From assembly GCA_024402405.1 (NCBI GenBank), contig JAKSTW010000001.1, positions 77,190-141,189 of the forward strand: a stretch of DNA of 64,000 nt, given 5' to 3'. Numbering within the stretch: position 1 is the first letter of the stretch; every line of letters begins with the position of its first letter. The position numbers and the translations under genes are program-made. Under the pieces are notes generated by a model, which saw only the letters and a program-made list of their open reading frames with translations, was not told the DNA's origin and did no database searches. The stretch comes from Spirochaetia bacterium. Its GTDB lineage: Bacteria > Spirochaetota > Spirochaetia > CADAEX01. This document shows positions 56,658 to 64,000 of this stretch, one piece after another.

Positions 56658-59119
56658 TCTTCTTCCTCTGCTATTTCCTCGTCAGGGGAAACTTTAGCTA
56701 AAGTCTTTATATAGTCTGGAGATACAACATTAACAACGGTCACGCCCATAGCAGTTCTTCCCTGAGAAGAAATAGATTTGACCTTGGTCTTCACTGTATT
56801 TCCATTGGCAGTTATGCACATTATCTCATCATCTTCTGTGACAGAAACCGCACCTACCACAAGACCTGTCTTATCACTGGTCTTATAAGCCATCTGTCCC
56901 TTTGTATTACGGCCATGAGACTTGAACAACTCATGATCAAGCCGCTTGCCAAAGCCCTGCTGGGAAATAATAAGCATCATTTCCTCAGATCTGGCACACA
57001 GAATAGAAACTATCTTATCACCATCTTCCAATTTCATGCCGATGACACCCATGGAAGAACGCCCTGTCGCACGTATGCATGACTCATTGTATTTCAGCGC
57101 ATTGCCATTCTGAGAAATCACCACCAGATCATCATTACCATTTGTCAGAATAGCGCTTACCAGGCTATCCCCTTCTTTCACATCAATGGCAATGATTCCC
57201 TTTGTCTTGGCATGGATAAAAGCTGATGTATTCACCTTTTTCACGATACCGCCGGCAGTGCCCATAAGAATAAAATTATCTTCCGAAAAATTCTGGAATG
57301 ACATTACGGCCTGAATATCCTCATCCTGGGCAATGTTAAGAATCGTTCTTACAAATGTACCCCTGGAACTCTTGGCAGCTTCAGGAATCTCATGGACTTT
57401 AAGCCAGTAGGCCTTACCCTTATTTGTGATAAAAAAGATTATATCGTGAGTGGAGGCAATAAAAAGATTCTTTACAAAATCATCATTCCTCATTCTGGAA
57501 GCCAGAGAACCTTTTCCACCACGACTCTGGTTCTTATAGGCAGTCATAGGAACTCTTTTAATGAATCCCTGATTTGAAATGAGAACCGCCATATTCTCTC
57601 TGTTTATAAGATCTTCTGCATTAAGTGATTCCACCTCATCAGGCACGATCTCTGTCTTTCTCTTATCACCATATTTTTCAGCGATCTCATTAGTCTCATC
57701 TTTGACCAAAGCAAGGATCTTCTCATGGTGTTCCAGAAGATCAGTATAATAAGCAATGAGTTTCTGAACCTCAGCCATCTCAGCCCTGAGCTCATCAATC
57801 TGGAGATGTGTCAGCCGTTTCAGCTGCATATCAACAATTGCCTGTGCCTGAACATCATCAAATGAGAACCGCTTGCACAGCCTTGCCTTTGCATCCTGGA
57901 CATCGGCACTGCTGCGGATGATCTGAACCACTTCATCAATGTTGTCCACTGCAACGATAAGAGCTTCCAATATATGTGCTCTGTCCAATGCCTTGTTAAG
58001 ATCAAACCGTGTCCGTCTTGTCACCACATCATCACGATGGTCTACAAAGCATTTGATAATTTCTTTCAACGTAAGGATTTTCGGCTGGCCACCAACAAGA
58101 GCCAGGTTGATGACGCCAAAATTTGACTGCAATTCTGTCTTGAGATACAGCTGGTTAAGCACGGTTCTAGGATTCATTCCGCGTTTAAGCCCGATCACAA
58201 TACGCATACCGGCTCTGTCAGAAGTCTCATCATTGGCATCAGTGATACCGTCAAGAGCCTTATCTCTGACCAGATCTTTTATCTTCTTTATAATATTAGT
58301 AGTGTTTACGCCATAAGGAACTTCTGTGAATATCAGAGATTCCTTGCCGTTTTTGGCAGTCTCTATGGTTACTTTTGAACGTATTACAACTTTTCCGCGG
58401 CCTGTCCGGTAAGCAGATTTAAAACCTGATGTGCCATAAATCACACCACCGGTAGGAAAATCAGGTCCTTTTATATAATTCACCAGCTCATCAACTGATA
58501 TTTCCGGATCATCTATATATGCACTGATGGCCGCAGCAACTTCCCGAAGGTTATGCGGAGGCATATTTGTAGCCATTCCAACAGCAATACCAGTAGTTCC
58601 ATTACAAAGAAGAAAAGGAAATTTTGCAGGAAGCACTGTAGGTTCCTTAACTGTCTCATCGAAGTTAGGGATCATATCCACAGTATCCTTATCAATATCC
58701 TTCACCATCTCCTCTGCGATCTTCGCCATCTTGGCCTCTGTATATCTGTATGCGGCGGCAGGATCTCCTGCAATGGTACCGAAGTTTCCCTGTGGCGTGA
58801 TGATCGTATATCTCTGGGCAAAATCCTGTCCCAGCCTTACCAGGGCATCATAAACTGAAGCATCTCCATGCGGATGGTATTTTCCAAGCACATCACCGAC
58901 GATCTTTGCACATTTTCTTGTGGGACCGCTGTTGACCATATGGAGTTCATCCATAGCATAAAGGATCCTGCGGTGAACAGGTTTGAGGCCGTCACGCACA
59001 TCAGGGAGAGCTCTCTGAACAATTACAGACATAGAATAATCTATATAAGCCTGCTTCACTTCCTCTTCAATAGGAATCTGTATTAAGCTGCCACCCTCAG
59101 GTGTCTTTATCTCTTCCAT
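56654..59119 (-). CDS. gyrA: DNA gyrase subunit A
   Basis: 821 aa; AMSVIVQRALPDVRDGLKPVHRRILYAM and catalytic-Tyr region AAYRYTEA...; C-terminal beta-pinwheel repeats. Confidence 0.95.
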   Translation of the reverse strand: MEEIKTPEGGSLIQIPIEEEVKQAYIDYSMSVIVQRALPDVRDGLKPVHRRILYAMDELHMVNSGPTRKCAKIVGDVLGKYHPHGDASVYDALVRLGQDFAQRYTIITPQGNFGTIAGDPAAAYRYTEAKMAKIAEEMVKDIDKDTVDMIPNFDETVKEPTVLPAKFPFLLCNGTTGIAVGMATNMPPHNLREVAAAISAYIDDPEISVDELVNYIKGPDFPTGGVIYGTSGFKSAYRTGRGKVVIRSKVTIETAKNGKESLIFTEVPYGVNTTNIIKKIKDLVRDKALDGITDANDETSDRAGMRIVIGLKRGMNPRTVLNQLYLKTELQSNFGVINLALVGGQPKILTLKEIIKCFVDHRDDVVTRRTRFDLNKALDRAHILEALIVAVDNIDEVVQIIRSSADVQDAKARLCKRFSFDDVQAQAIVDMQLKRLTHLQIDELRAEMAEVQKLIAYYTDLLEHHEKILALVKDETNEIAEKYGDKRKTEIVPDEVESLNAEDLINRENMAVLISNQGFIKRVPMTAYKNQSRGGKGSLASRMRNDDFVKNLFIASTHDIIFFITNKGKAYWLKVHEIPEAAKSSRGTFVRTILNIAQDEDIQAVMSFQNFSEDNFILMGTAGGIVKKVNTSAFIHAKTKGIIAIDVKEGDSLVSAILTNGNDDLVVISQNGNALKYNESCIRATGRSSMGVIGMKLEDGDKIVSILCARSEEMMLIISQQGFGKRLDHELFKSHGRNTKGQMAYKTSDKTGLVVGAVSVTEDDEIMCITANGNTVKTKVKSISSQGRTAMGVTVVNVVSPDYIKTLAKVSPDEEIAEEEE

Positions 59120-59128
59120 ATCGTATCC

Positions 59129-61057
59129 TTAAACATCCAGTTTCGCATAAATAGCATTATCTTCAATAAATTTACGTCTTGGCTCAACTTCTTCGCCCAT
59201 GCAGATGGTAAAGATCCTGTCAGCAGCCTCTGCATCAGGAATCGTGACAACTTTCATCTTTCTTCTTGCAGGATCCATGGTGGTCTCCCACAGCTGGTTT
59301 CCATCCATCTCACCAAGACCCTTATAGCGCTGCACACTGGCTTTATTTCTGTTCTCGCCCAATGCTGCCAGTGCCTGCTCCCGCTCCTCCTCTGTATAAA
59401 CATAAACAGGTTTTCCCTTTCCAAGCTGAACCTTAAAAAGCGGCGGCATGGCCAGATAGACATATCCCCTCTCAATAAGCTCAGGCATATACCTGAAAAA
59501 GAAAGTCAGCAGAAGAGTACGGATATGGCTGCCATCCACATCGGCATCTGCCATTATGATGATCTTATGATATCTGAGTTTATTTATATCAAAATCCTGC
59601 CCGAAACCTGCACCCAATGTGGCAATAACAGGTTCAAGCTTATCATTATTCATGACTTTCTCAGGCCGCACTTTCTCCACATTCAGCATTTTTCCCCAGA
59701 GCGGCAGAATTGCCTGTGTCTTGCTGTCCCTGCCCTTCTTTGCAGAACCGCCGGCACTGTCTCCCTCCACGATATAAACCTCACAGAGCTCAGGATTTTT
59801 CAGAGAACAGTCAGACAATTTCTCCGGCAGACCAAAACTGTCAGAAAAGGATTTTTTTCTCAGGGCATCTTTGGCTTTTCTTGCGGCAATACGTGCGGTA
59901 GCCTCATTGATAGCCTTTTCAAGTATTTTATCCAGAACTTCAGGATTCTTATCAAAAAATAATGAAAGCTCATCTTTGACCAGGGCATCCACAATGGTAC
60001 GCACCTCTGTATTTCCGAGTTTCTCCTTGGTCTGTCCCTCAAACTCAGGCTCCGGCACCTTCATGGAAAGTACTGCCACAATACCGGCACGGACATCATC
60101 ACCTGTCAGCTTTTCTTCTTTTTCCAGCTTTTTCTTCAGTTTTTCCCTGGAATCCAAAGCTTTATTCAAAACAAAAGTAAGAGCGGATTTAAAGCCCTCC
60201 AGATGAGTTCCGCCTTCTCTGGTATTTATATCATTGACATAAGTGTTGATATTCTCCGAATAACTGTCATTGTACTGGAATGCCAGCTCGGTAATGACAT
60301 CATTCTTCTCACCGGTTATATAAATAGGCTCCTCAGGATAAAAGAATTTACTGTTGGAATGGCTGTTGATCTGCTTCACATACTGGCGGATTCCACCCTC
60401 ATAGCGGAGTGTCTCCTCATATGGCTCCTCGCCGCGCTCATCACGGAAGATGATGGAAATTCCACTGTTCAGAAAAGCCAGTTCACAGAGTCTTTTCTTA
60501 AGGATCTCGTAATCATAGAATGTGGTCTCGGCAAAAATATTGCTGTCGGCTTTCCAACGGATCACAGTTCCATGTCTGTCAGTATCACCGATCTGCATCA
60601 CAGGGGTCTTTGGAATACCGATCTCGTATCTCTGGCTATAAACATGACCATCTCTGGATATCACTGCCTCCATCCACTGGGAAAGAGCATTCACACAGCT
60701 GACACCAACTCCATGAAGACCTCCGGAAACTTTATATGAACCTTTGTCAAACTTTCCGCCTGCATGAAGTTTTGTAAGAACCAGCTCCAGGGCACTGATA
60801 TGTTCAGTAGGATGTATATCGACAGGAATACCGCGGCCATTGTCCTCTACCCTTACAATATCATCTTTTTCCAGAACTACTGTAATGGTATTGCAGAAAC
60901 CGGCCATAGCCTCATCAATACTGTTGTCCACCACCTCATATACAAGATGGTGCAATCCTGCGGGACCGGTAGAGCCGATATACATACCAGGCCTTTTTCT
61001 TACAGCCTCAAGCCCCTTAAGAATCTGTATATTCTGTGCAGAATATTTATTTTCCAT
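59129..61057 (-). CDS. gyrB: DNA gyrase subunit B
   Basis: 642 aa; GLHHLVYEVVDNSIDEA, GGLHGVGVS, TOPRIM EGDSAGGSAK and PLWGKMLNVE motifs. Confidence 0.95.
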   Translation of the reverse strand: MENKYSAQNIQILKGLEAVRKRPGMYIGSTGPAGLHHLVYEVVDNSIDEAMAGFCNTITVVLEKDDIVRVEDNGRGIPVDIHPTEHISALELVLTKLHAGGKFDKGSYKVSGGLHGVGVSCVNALSQWMEAVISRDGHVYSQRYEIGIPKTPVMQIGDTDRHGTVIRWKADSNIFAETTFYDYEILKKRLCELAFLNSGISIIFRDERGEEPYEETLRYEGGIRQYVKQINSHSNSKFFYPEEPIYITGEKNDVITELAFQYNDSYSENINTYVNDINTREGGTHLEGFKSALTFVLNKALDSREKLKKKLEKEEKLTGDDVRAGIVAVLSMKVPEPEFEGQTKEKLGNTEVRTIVDALVKDELSLFFDKNPEVLDKILEKAINEATARIAARKAKDALRKKSFSDSFGLPEKLSDCSLKNPELCEVYIVEGDSAGGSAKKGRDSKTQAILPLWGKMLNVEKVRPEKVMNNDKLEPVIATLGAGFGQDFDINKLRYHKIIIMADADVDGSHIRTLLLTFFFRYMPELIERGYVYLAMPPLFKVQLGKGKPVYVYTEEEREQALAALGENRNKASVQRYKGLGEMDGNQLWETTMDPARRKMKVVTIPDAEAADRIFTICMGEEVEPRRKFIEDNAIYAKLDV

Positions 61058-61421
61058 AAGATAACCCTACTAAAATTAATATCAGAATTGAATAATTATA
61101 TATTTTTTTCAAAAATAAATCAAACTTAATATGAAAAAAAATAAAATTTCCCTTGCCAATACATATTCTTTGATTTACACTTGAGTTTACCTGTTTTCTG
61201 CCCTGAACAAGCAGAAATAACATACTGGACATAAATTGTGGATAACTTGTTATTAATTTTCTGATTTGGTGAGGAAAATTAATTTTTTTTATCACTTTTT
61301 GTGAATACTATTTGTAAATACTTATATTATAATGATTTACATATGGTTTTTTATTCCGGTGCAAACTGAAAAAGATATTAACATGTTGTGGATAACTTGT
61401 TGAAAAAGGTATAAAGTAATT
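61058..61421. other. oriC: Chromosomal replication origin (oriC) between divergent gyrB and dnaA
   Basis: 364-bp AT-rich non-coding region containing two identical copies of TGTGGATAACTTGTT (DnaA box TGTGGATAA at 61237-61245 and 61387-61395), weaker DnaA-box-like sites (TGTGAATAC) and A/T tracts; flanked by dnaA-dnaN. Confidence 0.75.
61387..61395. promoter_or_regulatory. DnaA box TGTGGATAA 27 bp upstream of the dnaA ATG (second copy at 61237-61245)
   Basis: Exact match to the DnaA-box consensus (TTATCCACA reverse complement). Confidence 0.75.
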
Positions 61422-62777
61422 ATGTATAAAACATTTTGGGATGAAACACTGTTCCAAATAAAAAAAGAAATATCGCCTGAGGAATTTGCCATGTGGTTTA
61501 ATTCCATGCGGTATCTGTCATCAAAAGACGGTATACTGAAGCTGTCTGTCCCTTCAAAATTCATCATAGACCAGATCAAAAACAGATATCTGAAAAAGCT
61601 TGAGAAAAAACTCTCAGAGATCTCAGGAACTGACATAAAAATAGAATTCTCCATACAAAAAAGAGAAACAGAGAATCTTTCTGCAGATGATGATAAGAAG
61701 ATAAAAGAGATATTTCCGGCTCCGCGGATCAAAAGAAAGCATCCGGATCTGAAAGAAGAATATACATTTGAAAATTTTGTCATAGGATCAAATAATGACT
61801 TTGCTGCCAACGCTGCCATAGCCATATCAAAGAATCCGGGTAAGGCTTACAATCCGTTCTTCATATATGGAGGTGTGGGACTTGGAAAAACACACCTTAT
61901 ACAGGCTTTGGGAAATGAGATATACAGCACACATCCTGAAAAGAAAATCGTATTCGTGACTGCAGAGCAGTTTGGAAATGAATTTGTGGAAAGTATAAAC
62001 TGCAAGAAGGCCAATGCATTCAAAAATAAATACAGGACCGTCGATGTACTGCTCATAGATGATATCCACTTTTTTCAGGGAAAAGATGGAATGCAGGAAG
62101 AACTTTTCAATACATTCAATGCACTCTATGACTCAAAGAAAGCTATGGCATTCACCTGTGACCGTCCCCCTTTGGAACTGAAAAATTTCACAGACAGAAT
62201 GAAAAACAGGTTTCAGCAGGGACTTATAGTAGATCTTACAATACCGAATTTTGAGACCAGACTTGCTATCCTCAGAAACAAATCAGAGAAACTGAATATA
62301 AGGATCAGCAATGATATTCTCGATCTCATAGCTGAAAAGGTCACCACAAATGTAAGAGATCTGGAATCAGCTCTCACAAAGATCGCCGCATATGCCGAGC
62401 TTATAGGAAATGACATAACAAAAGACGTGGTAGAAACTCAGCTTTCATATCTGAAGGGGGAGACAAAACCCGAAAATATATCAATAGACCTTATAATCAG
62501 ATGTGTAGCTGAATATTTCAACGTATCTCAGAATGATATAAGAGGCAAAAAAAGAATAAAAAATATAGTGCAGGCCAGACATATAGCAATGTATATAGCA
62601 AGAAATCTTACTGAGCTGTCACTGATCGAAATCGGAAATGAATTTGGCGGAAAAGATCACAGTACTATAATAAGTGCTATAAACAAAGTTGAGCAGACTC
62701 TGATAGTAGATACGACAATGGAAACAGTTATCCACAAGATAGAAACAAAAGTAAGAGAAAAGATGGGGAAAAACTGA
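61422..62777 (+). CDS. dnaA: Chromosomal replication initiator protein DnaA
   Basis: 451 aa; Walker A GGVGLGKTHL, box VII and C-terminal DNA-binding helix (VQARHIAMYIARNLT). Confidence 0.95.
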   Translation: MYKTFWDETLFQIKKEISPEEFAMWFNSMRYLSSKDGILKLSVPSKFIIDQIKNRYLKKLEKKLSEISGTDIKIEFSIQKRETENLSADDDKKIKEIFPAPRIKRKHPDLKEEYTFENFVIGSNNDFAANAAIAISKNPGKAYNPFFIYGGVGLGKTHLIQALGNEIYSTHPEKKIVFVTAEQFGNEFVESINCKKANAFKNKYRTVDVLLIDDIHFFQGKDGMQEELFNTFNALYDSKKAMAFTCDRPPLELKNFTDRMKNRFQQGLIVDLTIPNFETRLAILRNKSEKLNIRISNDILDLIAEKVTTNVRDLESALTKIAAYAELIGNDITKDVVETQLSYLKGETKPENISIDLIIRCVAEYFNVSQNDIRGKKRIKNIVQARHIAMYIARNLTELSLIEIGNEFGGKDHSTIISAINKVEQTLIVDTTMETVIHKIETKVREKMGKN

Positions 62778-62977
62778 TACTTTTTAACACCATAAAATAA
62801 AATATTTGTTTTTTTGAAAAAAAGAGTGTCAATTATGTGAAAAAATGATAAGATAACATACAGGTTATAAACTTAAGAAAATTATTATCAAGTATAGTTT
62901 TAATACGGTTTATAACAAATCAACTTAGATTATTACTATTATTACTATTTTTTTTAAAAAATTAATAATGATAAGGC

Positions 62978-64000
62978 AGGAAAGTCATGAAATTCATTTG
63001 CAATAAAAATTCAATTCTGAATGAAATATCGATCGCACAGGGAATTATTTCATCCAGAAATACCATGTCGATACTTTCAAATGTGCTTCTTGAGGTCTTT
63101 GACGGAAATTTATATATAAAAGCAACTGATCTGAAAATAGGATATGAAACATCAATACCAGTGGCTGTGGAAGAAGAAGGAAGCACTACTGTATATTGTG
63201 ATAAATTTTCTGGCGTCATAAAAACATTTCCAGATGGAGATATAAAGTTCACTCTGAAAGATGATAAACTTGTCATAGAGTCTGAAAATGGAGATTCTAA
63301 AGCACAGCTGAAAGTCATAGGAGCTGATAAATATCCTGAACTCTGTAAGATCGAAGATGAAAAATATTTTGAGATATCACAGAAAGATTTCATCGAGATG
63401 ATAAATAATACATCTTTTGCAGTATCTTCTGATGAGACAAAATATTTCATGAACGGAATATTTTTTGAAAAAGGAGAAGGATGCATCAAGATGGTTGCCA
63501 CTGATGGAAGAAGACTTTCTCTTATAAAAAAAGATATTTCTTTAGATGGAATCGACTTTAAAAGTATAATAATTCCTGTCAAAGTTCTTCAGCTCATCAA
63601 AAAACTTTCATCCGGAGAGGGAAATTTCAAGATTGCTATATCTGATAAATGTTTCTTTGCTAAATTTGATAAGAATAAGATATATTCAACTCTCATAGAG
63701 GGTAATTTTCCTAATTATCAGAGAGTGATACCTGATAATCCGAAATTCACTGCGATTTTGAACAGAAATTCTTTTATGATGGCCCTTACAAGAGTCTCTA
63801 TTTTTGCAGAACAGAAAGCTAAGAAGATATTTTTTGATTTTTCTGAGGATAATCTTGTCATTTCTTCAGAAGAGACAGATATCGGAACAGCCACTGTAAA
63901 AGTTCCATGTGAGTATAAGGGCGATGATATGAAGATAGCAGTTAATTATGTTCACTTCATGGATCCTCTTAAGGTGATATCAGAAAATGACGTGGCTATC
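62978..64000 (+). CDS. dnaN: DNA polymerase III beta sliding clamp (partial, continues past window end)
   Basis: Not in ORF track (no stop in window); manual translation from ATG 62978 gives MKFICNKNSILNEISIAQGIISSRNTMSILSNVLLEVFDGNLYIKATDLKIGYETSIP..., the canonical DnaN start; preceded by GGCAGGAAAG SD-like. Confidence 0.85.

Noticed and set aside
61337-61825. Minus-strand 162-aa ORF spanning oriC and the dnaA 5' end
   Set aside because: Overlaps the DnaA boxes and the well-supported dnaA start; no RBS or family resemblance.
62962-63582. Minus-strand 206-aa ORF
   Set aside because: Antisense to dnaN, whose plus-strand translation (MKFICNKNSILNEISIAQ...) is unmistakable; the minus ORF is low-complexity and Ser/Phe-rich.

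Overview
This 64-kb window is the origin-proximal part of a bacterial chromosome. It is moderately AT-rich, and genes with Shine-Dalgarno-like sites are visible. The right end holds a textbook replication-origin neighbourhood. It contains gyrA and gyrB on the minus strand, a 364-bp oriC with two identical DnaA-box motifs, and dnaA plus a partial dnaN on the plus strand. parA-parB lie next to a perfect 16-bp parS palindrome. nfu, glnS, rbgA, wecA/tagO, ahcY and metK are also there. From about 46.1 kb down to the window start, essentially every gene is on the minus strand, co-oriented with leftward replication. Stops and starts are tightly packed, and many pairs overlap by the 4-nt ATGA. Together they form one giant cell-surface glycopolymer locus that mixes three routes. 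The first is a teichoic-acid-like route: two TagF-like polyol-phosphate transferases, TagD, IspD-like and SDR genes for CDP-ribitol-type synthesis, four LicD-family transferases, a Stealth hexose-1-phosphate transferase, and a TagG/TagH-type ABC exporter with a fused double NBD. The second is a Wzx/Wzy route: WbaP-like and WecA-like initiators, two Wzx flippases, a Wzy-like protein and many GT2/GT4/GT25 glycosyltransferases. The third is a UDP-uronic-acid branch (Ugd plus UDP-GlcA 4-epimerase). A LolA-like, FtsX and ABC cluster with a predicted outer-membrane beta-barrel protein is embedded in the locus, so the organism is probably diderm. Each TagF-like gene is translationally coupled to a large membrane protein. 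That protein has an N-terminal region that reads as a YidC/Oxa1 insertase core, fused through further TM segments to an alkaline-phosphatase-superfamily (LtaS/sulfatase/NPP-like) ectodomain. The two cassettes are diverged duplicates. This pairing is the most novel-looking feature in the window. Other second-look items are a B12-binding radical-SAM enzyme inside the locus. A roughly 120-aa C-terminal domain is shared between a GT-C-like membrane protein and a CotH-like lipoprotein. Homopolymer tracts sit at frame junctions: A8 in the 5' part of a LicD gene and C9 at the 3' end of an AP-superfamily gene. A 12-bp coding tandem repeat gives (TEQV)x4 in an AlbA_2/HATPase_c_4 protein. About 290 bp of direct repeat comes from two tandem GT2 paralogues. 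A perfect 15-bp inverted repeat lies upstream of a DUF4143 ATPase. No tRNA, rRNA, CRISPR array, transposase or integrase was recognised.
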